NCBI GenBank assembly: GCA_963839865.1
Contig: CAWIWS010000006.1
Location: 10,641 to 74,640, forward strand
Origin: an uncultured Acidobacteriota bacterium
GTDB lineage: Bacteria > Acidobacteriota > Vicinamibacteria > Vicinamibacterales > UBA2999
Reading direction: 5' to 3'
Length of the DNA stretch: 64,000 bases
Positions 32,051 to 42,814 of the stretch are shown here, one piece after another. The notes beneath the pieces were generated by a model. It did not search any database and was not told the DNA's origin. It worked only from the letters and a program-made list of their open reading frames with translations. Numbering within the stretch: position 1 is the stretch's first letter; each line of letters begins with the position of its first letter. The position numbers and the translations under genes were made by a program.

Positions 32051-33415
32051 ATGAAACGCTGGCTTTCCACCCTCGGCCTGCTGCTGGCCTCCGCGGTCGC
32101 TCTTGGGGCGCAGCAAGCTGCGCCTTCCGCGGCCGCGCTCTCGGTTCCCTTCACCCAGTTCACGCTGCCCAACGGCCTGCACGTCATCCTCCACCGCGAC
32201 ACGAGCGTGCCGGTGGTGAGCGTCAACGTGTGGTACCACGTCGGATCGGCCAACGAGCGCGTCGGCCGCACGGGGTTTGCGCACCTCTTCGAGCACCTGA
32301 TGTTCGAGGGATCGATGCACGTGCCCGAGGGCGCGTTCGACGAGTGGCTCGAGGCCGCGGGCGGCAACAACAACGGGTCCACCACCGAGGACCGGACCAA
32401 CTACTACATCGACCTGCCGAACAACGCGCTCGAGCTCGCGCTCTTCCTCGAGTCGGATCGCATGGGCTTCCTCCTCGACGACAAGGCGCCGGCCAAGGTC
32501 GACGGCCAGCGCGACGTCGTGAAGAACGAGAAGCGGCAGAGCGTGGACAACCAGCCCTACGGCCAGGCATTCGTGCAGCTCGCCTCGCTGCTCTACCCGC
32601 CGACGCACCCGTACAGCTGGCCGGTGATTGGCTCGATGGAGGACCTGAGCGCCGCCAGCTTCGAGGACGTCGCGCGCTTCTTCCGCACCTACTACGTCCC
32701 GAACAACGCCAGCCTCGTGATCGCCGGCGACATCGACCTCGACGGCACGAAGGCGCTCGTCGAGAAGTGGTTCAGCGACGTGCCCGCGGGCCGCGGCGAG
32801 GTGCCGCAAGCTGTCGCCGCCCACGCCCGTCCTCGATGGCGTCAAGAAGAAGACGATCACCGACAAGGTGCAGCTCCCGCGCCTGTACCTGGCGTGGCAC
32901 ACGCCCGCGCTCTTTCAGCCGGGCGACGCGACGATGGACATGGTGTCGAGCGTGTTGACGGGCGGGAAGAACTCGCGGCTCTATCGCCGGCTCGTCTACG
33001 ACATGCAGATCGCGCAGGACGTCCAGGCGTTCCAGCAGTCGCAGGCGCTGGGCAGCAACTTCATGATCATGGCGACGGCGCGGCCGGGCCAGACGCTCGA
33101 CGACCTCAAGACGGTGATCGACGAGGAGATCACCAGGCTCGCGAAGGCGCCGCCCGAGGCGCGCGAGGTCCAGCGCGCGATGAACCAGACCGAAGCGTCT
33201 TTCTACCGGCAGATGGAGCGCGTCGGCGGCTTCAACGGCAAGGCCGAACCAGCTGAATGCCTACTACACCGCCACGGGCAGCCCGGACTACTTCGCGAGA
33301 GGACCTGGCGCGCTACCGCGCGCTGACCGCCGCCGACATCCAGGCCGCCGTCGCGAAGTACCTGCCCAACGACCGGCGCGTCGAGCTGAGCGTGGTCCCC
33401 GAGGAGAAGAAGTAA
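32051..33415 (+). CDS. M16 (pitrilysin) family peptidase, catalytic subunit (frameshifted)
   Basis: Signal peptide; GFAHLFEH inverted zinc motif; TTEDRTNY, LESDRM, YVPNNA. Confidence 0.92.
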
Positions 33416-34854
33416 TGCGCCGCCTGTCCCTGTCCCTGCTCGGTGTCCTCTGCCTGTCGATCGGGATCGTCGCGCAGGCGCCGGACCGCTCCAAGCCGCC
33501 CGCGATCGGGCCGGCGCCCACGCTGAAACTGCCGGCCATCCAGAAGCGCACGCTGGGCAACGGCCTCGCGGTGTGGATTGTCGAGCACCACGAGGTGCCC
33601 GTCGTGCAGGTGAACCTGATCGTGCCGGTCCGGCAGCGCGGCGGATCCGATCGGCAAGTACGGCGTCGGCAGCCTCACGGCCGCGATGCTGGATGAGGGC
33701 GCGGGCACGCGATCGTCGCTGGAGCTCGCCGACGCCATCGAGTTCCTCGGCGCCAGCATCACGACCAGCAGTTCGTTCGACGCGTCGATGGTCCGCCTGT
33801 CGTCGCCGGTCGCGCGGCTCGGCGACGCGCTGCCGCTGCCAGGCCGACATCGCGCTGCGGCCGACGTTTCCCGCGAAGGATCTCGAGCGGCTGCGCAAGG
33901 AACGGCTCACCAGCCTGCTGCAGGCGCGCGACAACGCCGCCGCGCTCGTCCAGCTCGCGTTCCCGCGCGTCGTCTACGGCACCGACCCATCGCTACGGCA
34001 CGTCCGCCGAACGGGTTGCCGGCGGCGATCGAGTCCCTCACGGTGGACGACCTGCGCACGTTCTACCGCGTCCACTACCGCCCCGACAACGCCACGCTCG
34101 TCGTCGTGGGCGACGTGACGCCGGCGACGGTGCTGCCGCTGCTCGAAAAGGCCTTCGGCGGCTGGAAGGGCGAGGCGATGGCGCCGCTGACGGCCGCCGT
34201 GCCCGACGGCGCCGCAGCTGACCCGCCGGCAGATCTACCTCGTGGACAAGCCGGGCGCCGCGCAGTCGCAGATCCGCATCGGGTGGGTCGGCGTGCCGCG
34301 CTCCACGCCGGACTACGCGACGCTCGAGGTGCTCAACACCATTCTCGGCGGCTCGTTCACCTCGCGGCTCAACCAGAACCTGCGCGAGAAGAACGGCTAC
34401 GCCTACGGCGCCAGCTCGGGATTCGACATGCGCCTCTCCGCCGGGACCGTTCCTCGCGGCCGCCGGCGTGCAGACGGACAAGACGGCCGACGCGCTGCGC
34501 GAGTTCTTCGTCGAGCTGAACGGGATCCTGACGCCGGTGCCCGCCGAAGAACTCGCCAAGGCGAAAAACTACGTCGCGCTCGGCTTCCCGGGCGAGTTCG
34601 AAACCACGGGTGACCTCGCACGAAAGCTGGAGGAAGTCGTGATCTACGGCCTGCCCGACGACACCTTCAGCGCGTTCGTCCCGGCCGTGACCAAGGTCAC
34701 CGCCGCCGACGTGCAACGCGCCGCCGCGCGCTACATCCAGCCGGAGAAGATGGCCGTGGTGGTGGTGGGCGATCGCGCGGCCATAGAAGCCGGCATCCGC
34801 GCACTCAATCTCGGGCCGATCAATATCGTGTCCGTTGATGATCTGTTCCGATAG
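33415..34854 (+). CDS. M16 family peptidase, non-catalytic partner subunit (frameshifted)
   Basis: LGNGL, MLDEG (no HxxEH), YRPDNA, SRLNQNLREKNGYAYG; TAATG overlap with upstream gene. Confidence 0.88.
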
Positions 34855-34873
34855 AGTCGGGAGTCGGGAGTCG
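34853..34873. repeat. GGGAGTC heptamer array
   Basis: gagtcgggagtcgggagtcga immediately before the DinB ATG. Confidence 0.75.
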
Positions 34874-34876
34874 ACG

Positions 34877-35374
34877 ATGACGCTGAATCTGAGCCTGGAC
34901 GAACTGCTCGCATGGACCGGGGAAGAGCGCGCGAAATGGCAGCCGTGGTTTCATTCGCACCCGGGGGCGCTCAATACGACCGTGCAGCCGGGCGGACGGT
35001 TTCCCACGGTGTGGTCTCTCGTCGACCATACGTTGCTCGTCGAGGTCCGTCACACGCTGCGGCTGAAGCGTGAGGACCTGCCGGGCCAGACGGGGGTGGC
35101 CGTCAACGACATCGACGGCCTCTTCGCATACGGCGCGCGCGGACGCGTGGCGCTCCATGCGTATCTCCAGACGCTGACCGCCGAAGACGCGACGACCCCG
35201 CGCGAGGTGGTCGTCCAGTCGGGCGGCAACTTCAAGATGACGCCGCGCAAGCTCCTCTTCCACATGGCGCTCCACGAAGTGCGGCACTGGGCGCAGATCG
35301 CCGCCGCCGTGCGCCTGGCCGGTTACGTGCCGCCGGGCGATCACGATCTCTTCTACTCGAAGGCGTTACTGTAA
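34877..35374 (+). CDS. DinB family protein
   Basis: LVDH..VE and LFHMALHEVRHWAQI metal-binding His pattern; HDL C-terminus. Confidence 0.85.
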   Translation: MTLNLSLDELLAWTGEERAKWQPWFHSHPGALNTTVQPGGRFPTVWSLVDHTLLVEVRHTLRLKREDLPGQTGVAVNDIDGLFAYGARGRVALHAYLQTLTAEDATTPREVVVQSGGNFKMTPRKLLFHMALHEVRHWAQIAAAVRLAGYVPPGDHDLFYSKALL

Positions 35375-35419
35375 GGGCCTGAGGGCTTAGGGCTTAGGGA
35401 TTGACGGCTTGAAATCCGC

Positions 35420-36731
35420 GTGAAATCTGCGTTTAATCTGCGGCCCTCTGTGGCCGTCATTGGCGGCGGGGCGGCGGGGCTGGTGGCCGCGATATTCGCC
35501 GCGTCGTCCGGGGGCGACGTTCTCCTCCTGGAGCGCACCCCAGACGGCGGCCGCAAGATTCTCATCAGCGGCGGCGGGCGCTGCAACATCCTGCCGTCCG
35601 CGCTCGCGCCCGAGCGCTTCGTCACCGACTCGCCAGCCCACCTGCTGCGCGGCATGCTGCGCGCCTGGCCGCTCCATGAACAACGCGCGTTCTTCGAAGA
35701 CGAAGTGGGCATCCCGCTCGCGCTGGAAGAGGAGTCGGGCAAGTTGTTTCCGCAGTCGAACAAGGCCCGCGACGTGCGCGATGGCCTGCTCGCGCTGGCG
35801 CGCGCGCGCGGCGTTCGCCTGCAATTCGACACCAGCGTCACCGCCCTCGAATCGATCGGAAGATGGCTGGACGATCGGCACCACCCGCGGCCCCGTCCAG
35901 GCCTCGCGCGTGATACTCGCCACGGGTGGCCTCTCGGTGCCGGCGACGGGCAGCGACGGCACCGGCCTGCACGTCGCGGCCGCGCTCGGTCATCGCATGG
36001 TGCCCACCTACCCGGCGCTGACGCCCTTGCTCGGCGGATCGGATCCGGCGCACGAACACGCGTTCCTCGCGGGTGTGTCGCTCACCGTCCGCCTGCGCGC
36101 GAAGGTCGGCGCCAAGGTCACTGAGACCACGGGCGGCTTCCTCTTCACGCACCGCGGCTACAGCGGCCCAGCGGTGCTCGACATCTCGCACGTCGTCACG
36201 CGTCCCGTTCCCGACTCCCGGTTCTCGACTCCCGACTCCCGGCCTGCCCTGAGCGGAGTCGAAGGGCTCCCGACTCCCGTCGTGATCCGAGCCCAGTGGT
36301 CCCCGCTCGACGCCGCCGCCTGGTCGCGCGCGTTCGAGGCGCCGGCGGCATCGGTGGCCACCATCCTCGCGCGCCATCTGCCCGCGCGCCTCGCCGAGCA
36401 CCTGATGGGCGAGGCCGGCGTGCCGCTCGACCGGCGCACGAGCGATCTGCGCCGCACCGAGCGGCTGGCGCTCGTCGATCGCCTCACCGCGTACGTCCTG
36501 CCCTGGACCGGCGATGAAGGCTACAAGAAGGCCGAAGTCACGGGCGGCGGCGTGGCGCTGGACGAGGTCGATCCACGGACGCTCGAGAGCCGCCGGTGCG
36601 CGGGGCTCTTCCTCTGCGGCGAGCTGCTCGACGCCTTCGGCCCCATCGGCGGTCACAACTTCGCGTGGGCCTGGGCCACCGGCCGGGCCGCGGGCCTCGG
36701 CGCTATAATGAACGTTCCTCCCGGGAGATGA
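35420..36731 (+). CDS. HI0933/BaiN family FAD-binding flavoprotein (frameshifted)
   Basis: VIGGGAAGL, GRKILISGGGRCN, GKLFP, LATGG, FLFTHRGYSGP, AEVTGGGV, GELLD..GPIGGHN. Confidence 0.92.
36203..36279. repeat. Composite GACTCCC array + REP-like element in frame inside the flavoprotein gene
   Basis: cccgttcccgactcccggttctcgactcccgactcccgg-cctgccctgagcggagtcgaaggg-ctcccgactcccg; encodes PVPDSRFSTPDSRPALSGVEGLPTP. Confidence 0.85.
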
Positions 36732-36736
36732 GCCAC

Positions 36737-37525
36737 ATGAAGCGTGTATTGCTGTCGGCCGTGCTCGCGTGCTCGATCGCGGCTCCCGCTTTCGCCGACG
36801 TCACCATCAAGCAGACGATCGCCGGCAAGGCGATGGGCAACGCCACGAGCGCCGTCACCACGACGTACGTGAAGGGCCTCAAGATGCGGTCCGACACCGT
36901 GATGGGCGACACGGTGCGCTCCACGATCTTCGACGTCGACGGGCAGAAGATGTACATCTTCGACTCGAAGAAGAAGGAAGCCGACGTGTGGGACATGGCC
37001 GCGTTCGGCGCCGAGGTGTCCAAGAACGTCCAGGCCGGCGAGGTGAAAGCCTCGATCAAGCCGAACGGGCAGACCAAGGAGCTCCTCGGCAAGACCGCCA
37101 GCGGCTACGACATGGAGATCTCCGTGCCCGCGACGATGGGCGGCGAGAAGGGGATGAAGATGACCGTCGTCCTCACCGGTCCGATGTGGATCGTGAAGGG
37201 CGCGCCGGGCACCGCGGAATACCTGGCGTTCTACAAGGCGGCCGTCGAGAAGGGCTGGATCTTCAGCGACCCGCGCGCGGCCAAGGGCCAGCCCGGGCAG
37301 GCCAAGGCGATGTCCGAGATGTACAGGCAACTCGCCGCGGCGGGCGGCGTCGCGTACGAAACCGAGATGAGCATCAAGATGGACGGCGAGGGCCCGATGG
37401 CCGGGATGATGGCCAAGATGGGCGGCATCACCTCCACCACCACCGTGCAGTCGATCGAAACCGGATCCCTGGCCGCGGATTTGTTCGCGCCGCCGGCCGG
37501 ATACAAGCTGAACGAAAAGAAATAG
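36737..37525 (+). CDS. Secreted protein, DUF4412-like
   Basis: Signal peptide ending AFA; YVKGLKMR; C-terminal LFAPPAGYK. Confidence 0.7.
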   Translation: MKRVLLSAVLACSIAAPAFADVTIKQTIAGKAMGNATSAVTTTYVKGLKMRSDTVMGDTVRSTIFDVDGQKMYIFDSKKKEADVWDMAAFGAEVSKNVQAGEVKASIKPNGQTKELLGKTASGYDMEISVPATMGGEKGMKMTVVLTGPMWIVKGAPGTAEYLAFYKAAVEKGWIFSDPRAAKGQPGQAKAMSEMYRQLAAAGGVAYETEMSIKMDGEGPMAGMMAKMGGITSTTTVQSIETGSLAADLFAPPAGYKLNEKK

Positions 37526-38377
37526 TTGTCTTCCTTCCTGTCCCTGCTGCGCCGCGAGTCTTCCAGCGTCATCGCCGTCGAGCTGCGCCCGCCCCGGGCG
37601 GAACTCGCGTCGGCCGAGGGCATCGACGCGTGGATTGACACCTACCACACGATCCGGTCGCTCTCGCGCCAGGACGTGCGCGTCATGGTCACCGACAGCG
37701 CCGTCGGGGCGCAGGAGGAGAACAACCTCCGGCACCTCATCGCCAACCTCGGCGACACGGTGCCGCGTCACCACATCATCCCGTTCCTCACGTCCAAGCA
37801 CTCGGTCGAGTTCTGCCTGGCCTACGCCGACCAGACGGTGCAGAGCGGCTTCCCGTCGCTCGTGGTGCTGGGCGGCGACAAGCACGTGGGTCGTCCGCGT
37901 TGCCTCGAGCACGCGTGGCAGCTGCGGAAGCTCATTCGCGAGCGCCATCCCGAGCTCGAACTCGGCGGGTGGGCCAATCCCACGGCGGACCCCGAAGGCC
38001 AGGTGGAGTTCCTCCTGCAGCCGGAGGCGTCGGCCGATTTCTACCTCACGCAGATCGTGTCGCACCACCAGGCCGATCGCGTGGACGCGTTCCTCGCGGC
38101 CGGACGCCGGCGCGGCCTCGCGTTGCCCGGCGTCTTCGGCGTCTTCTACTACCGCAGCGCCAACCCGAAGACCCTCGAGATGTTGAGCCAGTTCCTGCCG
38201 GTGCCCGTCGAGGCGCTGCAGCGGGAATTCGCCGAGGGCGCGACGCCCGTGGACGTCTGCGCCCGGACGATCCGCTCGCTCGATCGATCTCGGCGCGCGT
38301 CATTTCTACGTCAGCAACCTTCCCGCGCGGCGCACCGCCGCAACCCTGAACACCATTCTCGACAAAGGCAGGAGTAG
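37526..38377 (+). CDS. Methylenetetrahydrofolate-reductase-like fold protein
   Basis: VELRPP, VTD, LVVLGGD, GGWANP, ADFYLTQ, HFY (after a late frameshift) follow the MetF motif order. Confidence 0.6.
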   Translation: MSSFLSLLRRESSSVIAVELRPPRAELASAEGIDAWIDTYHTIRSLSRQDVRVMVTDSAVGAQEENNLRHLIANLGDTVPRHHIIPFLTSKHSVEFCLAYADQTVQSGFPSLVVLGGDKHVGRPRCLEHAWQLRKLIRERHPELELGGWANPTADPEGQVEFLLQPEASADFYLTQIVSHHQADRVDAFLAAGRRRGLALPGVFGVFYYRSANPKTLEMLSQFLPVPVEALQREFAEGATPVDVCARTIRSLDRSRRASFLRQQPSRAAHRRNPEHHSRQRQE

Positions 38378-38409
38378 GGGCGACCCTCTAGGTCCGCTCC
38401 AGACACATC

Positions 38410-39597
38410 ATGGGTGTTTTCTACGACTCGGTTCCGCTCTCCGCCATCGTCAAGATTCGCGACTTGATGTTCACCGTCAAGGATCCGTTCCGCCTCGACC
38501 AGGGCGACGTGTCCTTCGACGCGCCCGAGACCTTCAAGCAGGGGATGATCAAGGCGATCGCGGCGAACCACACGCACTACCTGCCCACGCCGGGACTGCC
38601 GCGCCTCCGCCAGCTCGTCGCGGAGAAGCTCCGCACCAAGAACCACATCCCCGTCGAGAGCGACGACGACATCGTCATCACCAACGGCGGCACGCACGGC
38701 ATCTACGCCGTGCTGCACGCGCTGCTGGAGCCGGGTGACGAGATGATCGTGCCCGATCCGGAGTGGCCGCCGACGATGGCGATCACCATCGCGGCGCGGG
38801 CCAAGCCGGTGCAGGTGCCGCTGCACGAGCACCTCGGCTTCCGGTGGGACCTCGACGAGTTCGAGAAGGCCATCACGCCGAAGACGAAGGTCCTCTACGT
38901 GAATTCGCCCAACAACCCGTCGGGCGGCCTCCTCACGCGCGCGGACCTCGAGCGCATCGCGGCCATCGCGCGCGAGCGCAACCTCTGGGTGATTTCGGAC
39001 GAGGCCTACGAGGACCTCGTGTACAAGGGCGAGCACGTGAGCATCGCGTCGCTGCCGGGGATGTACGAGCGGACGATTCCGATCTACACGCTCAGCAAGT
39101 CGTACGCGGTGACGGGCGTGCGCGTGGGCTACTTCGCCATCAAGGACAAGGCGCTGCGCGCGCGCGCCACCAAGCTCGTGCTCTACACGACCAGCAACGT
39201 CTGCTCCATCGCGCAGCACGGCGCGATCGGCGCGCTCGAAGGCTCGCAGGACTGCATCAAGGGCTTCCAGGCGGAACTGCTCGGCCGCCGCGATTTCTTC
39301 TATGCGGGGCTCCGCGAGGCGGCGCCCGAGGTGTTCTCGGGCACGCCGCCCGACAGCGCGTTCTACGCGTTCGTGAAGATCAACGAGGCGTGGGCGAAGA
39401 AGGCGGGCCTCACCGGTCCGTCACTGTCGTGGGCGATGGCGGAGCACCTGATCAAGCACGCGCGCATCGGCTGCGTGCCCGGCGTGGACTTCGGTCCCAG
39501 CGCGGAAGGCTACCTGCGGCTCTGCTTCGGCCGCAGCCGTGAGGAGCTCACGGGCGCGCTGGCGTCGATGAAGGAGCTGTTCGCGCGCGTCATTTGA
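38410..39597 (+). CDS. PLP-dependent aminotransferase class I/II (aspartate aminotransferase-like)
   Basis: GLPRLR, NSPNNPSG, SDEAYE, LSKSYAVTGVRVG, VPGVDFG, YLRL. Confidence 0.93.
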   Translation: MGVFYDSVPLSAIVKIRDLMFTVKDPFRLDQGDVSFDAPETFKQGMIKAIAANHTHYLPTPGLPRLRQLVAEKLRTKNHIPVESDDDIVITNGGTHGIYAVLHALLEPGDEMIVPDPEWPPTMAITIAARAKPVQVPLHEHLGFRWDLDEFEKAITPKTKVLYVNSPNNPSGGLLTRADLERIAAIARERNLWVISDEAYEDLVYKGEHVSIASLPGMYERTIPIYTLSKSYAVTGVRVGYFAIKDKALRARATKLVLYTTSNVCSIAQHGAIGALEGSQDCIKGFQAELLGRRDFFYAGLREAAPEVFSGTPPDSAFYAFVKINEAWAKKAGLTGPSLSWAMAEHLIKHARIGCVPGVDFGPSAEGYLRLCFGRSREELTGALASMKELFARVI

Positions 39598-40331
39598 CGT
39601 GCCGTCCTCCATCGACACGAATCGTTTCACCGGTGACGAAATCGCTGTGGACCAGGAACAACACGGCCTTCGCGATTTCGTCCTCGCCGCCCCAGCGCCC
39701 GAGGGGCGTGGCCTTGACGACCGCGGCGCTCTCCTCGTCCGACGTCCCTGGCGGCGCGACGATCGGGCCCGGCGCGATGGCGTTGACGAGCACCTGGTCC
39801 GCGGCCAGTTCGAGCGCAAGCGCCTCGGTGAGCGCTATCACGCCCGCCTTCGCCACGTAGTACGGGAGATAGCCGAGGTAGCGTGGCCGTCCGCTGCGCG
39901 CCACCCAGTCCGCGAAATTGATGATGCGGCCGCCGCCGTGCTTCGACATCTCGGCCGCCGCGGCTTTTGACACGAGAAACGCCGCGCGCAGATCCACCGC
40001 GAGCTGGCGATCCCAGTCGGCGTCGGTGAGCTCGGCGAACGGCTTGGCCACGTACAACGAGGCCATGTTCACGAGCACGTCGACCCGGCCCCACTCCGCC
40101 ACCGTGGCGTCCACGATGCGAGTGCAGTCGGCGGTGTTGGACACGTCCGCCTGGATGACGAGGGCCCGTCGGCCGAGCGCGCGAACGACCGCGGCCGTGT
40201 CGTCGGCCTCGCGGCGTGATCGGTTGTAGACGAGCGCCACGTCGGCGCCGCGCCGAGGCGAGCGCGGTGGCCACCACCGCGCCGATCCGCTTGCCGCCCG
40301 TGACGAGAGCTGTCTTGCCGTCGAGTTCCAT
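39590..40331 (-). CDS. SDR family oxidoreductase (pteridine reductase/FolM-like; frameshifted)
   Basis: LVTGGKRIG, VNMAS, INFAD, YYVAK (YxxxK), VNAIAPG, VDGG. Confidence 0.85.
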
Positions 40332-40345
40332 GTTCGTGGCGCGCG

Positions 40346-41168
40346 TCAGTCCAGGTGTTTCACGAGGATGACTTCGTTGCCGAGCTCGCTATAGCGCATT
40401 TCGTCCACCAGGCCCTTGGCGAGCAACATGCCGAACCCGCCCGGCCGCATGCCGAGCCTGTCTCGCTCGGCCATGTGGCCGATGGGGTCCACGGTGGTGG
40501 CCACCAGTTCCGGCGCCGCTGGGTTGAAGCCGGTGCCCGGATCCTTGAAGTAGTAGACCATCGCGCGCTTCGTGCGAATCGCGTGCACGTCGACCACCTT
40601 GTCGGGATCGAAGCCCGCGCCGTGCTCCATCGCGTTCAGCAACACTTCCCGGAACGCCGTGATCAACTTGAAGCGATCCGATTCCTGGAGGTCGCCGGCC
40701 AGTTCCGTCATGAACCGCACCAGTCGATCCGCCGTCGCCCGCCGGCTGGCCACGCGCATCGCGATCCAGTCGGGGACGGCCGAGAGCACCTGGATCCCGT
40801 TGTGCCAGTCGCCTTCCTCGAGTGCCGTGTCGATCGACTGCCGCAGATCTTCCCGGTTGACCGGCATCGTGAAGCAGGCGAACACCTTGGCACGGAGCGC
40901 CGCGATGATCTCGGCCGGCGTGAGTTCGTCGGCCAGGACGATCGTGCGGATCCCGGGCTGCAGGGCGTGGGCTTCCTGGACGATGGCCATGTCCTCCGTC
41001 GCGGTCGTCGACGGATTGGTGACGATGACGTCGAACGCGCGCGAGCGCATCAGCCGGATGGCGTCGGCTTCGCCGCACGTCTCGGTCGACCTGGCAATCC
41101 GGCCAGTCCGTCGCCGCGATGTGCAGGCTGGACCACGGAAACGGGCCGATAACCAGGAGGTGTCGCAT
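40346..41168 (-). CDS. Degenerate receiver domain + RsbW-like anti-sigma HATPase domain (frameshifted)
   Basis: EVLLNAMEHG, KDPGTGF, GGFGMLLAKGLVDEMRY; N-terminal FDVIVTNP..ALRAKVFACFTMP resembles a receiver domain. Confidence 0.75.
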
Positions 41169-41309
41169 CAGGTGTTCCCGAAGGATAGCGGTTTGACGGT
41201 GCCGGGCCAGCCGGCGTTTGCATACGTATCGCGTAAGGCCTTTCGCCGGGCGTAACTGCCGGCGCCGCTGAAAGGCTGTAAGTCGCTGGCTTTGCTGGCC
41301 GACGCGAGC

Positions 41310-41325
41310 TGGCTCGCATCGTGCT
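41310..41325 (+). promoter_or_regulatory. Putative sigma54 promoter for the CHRD gene
   Basis: TGGCTC-GCATC-GTGCT about 50 nt upstream of the start. Confidence 0.35.
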
Positions 41326-41376
41326 ACCGCATTCCCCGCGCCGCAAGTGTCTTGGGGCGACAAAGGAGCGATGGCG

Positions 41377-41860
41377 ATGCGACGTGTACTTTCTCTTGTA
41401 AGCGCGGGCGTCCTGGTGCTGCTGGCCTCGGCCGCGCAGGCGCAGGCACAGACCATCACCTTCACGGCGGCCCTGCACGGCGGCAACGAGGTGCCCGGCG
41501 TGGTCACCGGCGCGGCCGGCACCGGCACGGTCACCCTGAACGTGGCCACCCAGGTGGTGACCTATCGGATCGACGTCTACAACATGCCGGTCGGCACGAC
41601 GGCCTCGCACTTCCACGTGGGCGCGCCCGGGCGTGGCCGGTCCCGTCGTCGTCAACTTCACGGTGGTGCCGAACATCTCGAACGACTTCGCGATCAGCGG
41701 GACCGCATCGGCCACCGACCTGGTGCCCCGCGCCGCCCAGGGCATCAATTCGTGGGAGGACTTCGTCCAGGCGCTGATGCTCGGCAACATCTACATGAAC
41801 GTCCACAGCACGGCCAACCCCGGCGGAGAGCTCAGGGGACAGGTGATCAGAAACCCGTAG
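41377..41860 (+). CDS. Secreted CHRD domain protein (frameshifted)
   Basis: LHGGNEVP, SHFHVG, YMNVHSTANPGGELRGQ. Confidence 0.9.
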
Positions 41861-41864
41861 AGCC

Positions 41865-41992
41865 GGTTCAGCACGGGGGTTCAGCACGAGGGTTCAGCAC
41901 GGGGGTTCAGCACGGAGGTTCAACGGCGTCGAACCGAACCTCCGTGCTGAACCCCTGTGCTGAACCTTCGTGCTGAACCTCCGTGTTGAACC
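41865..41992. repeat. Inverted pair of 12-nt GGTTCAGCAC-unit arrays
   Basis: (ggttcagcacgn)4 ... (cgtgctgaacc)4 long hairpin. Confidence 0.9.
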
Positions 41993-42024
41993 ACAAGCTT
42001 CATGAGGTACACTTTTTGAGCCTC

Positions 42025-42729
42025 ATGAAGCTGTCGATCGTCATGCCTGCCTACAACGAGCAGGCCACCATTCGCGAAATCGTCTCGCGCGTGCTCGCCG
42101 TCGATCTCGGGCCGGTCACCAAGGAACTGGTGATCGTGGACGACGGGTCGAAGGACGGGACGCGGGACATCCTGAAGGAACTGGACGGCAAGGACGGCGT
42201 GCGCGTGCTCTTCCAGCCGCAGAACCAGGGCAAGGGCGCGGCGGTGTGGCGCGGCATCCGCGAGTCCACCGGCGACATGGTCGTCATCCAGGACGCGGAC
42301 CTCGAATACGACCCGCGCGAATATCCGCAGCTGATTCGGCCCATCCTCGACGGCGAAGCCGACGTCGTCTACGGCTCGCGCTTCCTGGGCTCGCCGCGCG
42401 GCCATCGCGTGCTGTACTTCTGGCACTCGGTGGGCAACCGGCTGCTGACGATGCTGTCGAACATGTTCAGCGACCTGAACCTGACCGACATGGAGACCTG
42501 CTACAAGGTGATGGTGCGGAAGGTGGCCGACCGGCTGGACCTGCAGTCGCGCGACTTCGGCATCGAGCCGGAGATCACGCAGAAGGTGGCGGCCATGCGC
42601 GCGCGGATTTACGAGGTGCCCATCTCGTACCACGGGCGCACCTACGAAGAAGGCAAGAAGATTGGCCTGAAGGACGCGTTCAAGGCCGTCTACACGATCG
42701 TCCGCTTCTGGGGCTGGACGCCGAAGTAG
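42025..42729 (+). CDS. Glycosyltransferase family 2 (DPM1/ArnC-like)
   Basis: [52 protein letters not shown]. Confidence 0.93.
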   Translation: MKLSIVMPAYNEQATIREIVSRVLAVDLGPVTKELVIVDDGSKDGTRDILKELDGKDGVRVLFQPQNQGKGAAVWRGIRESTGDMVVIQDADLEYDPREYPQLIRPILDGEADVVYGSRFLGSPRGHRVLYFWHSVGNRLLTMLSNMFSDLNLTDMETCYKVMVRKVADRLDLQSRDFGIEPEITQKVAAMRARIYEVPISYHGRTYEEGKKIGLKDAFKAVYTIVRFWGWTPK

Positions 42730-42739
42730 GCCAGAGGGC

Positions 42740-42808
42740 CGGGTAGGTCGGGTAGGCCTGGTGGGTCTATCTGACCCCACGAGCCCACCAGACCTACCAG
42801 ACCTACCG
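42740..42808. repeat. Inverted 9-nt unit arrays between convergent genes (possible terminator)
   Basis: gggtaggtcgggtaggcctggtgggtc ... gagcccaccagacctaccagacctacc. Confidence 0.75.
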
Positions 42809-42814
42809 GCCTTC

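Noticed and set aside
41865-41992. CRISPR-like array
   Set aside because: Units are 12-13 nt with no unique spacers, arranged as an inverted pair; no cas genes
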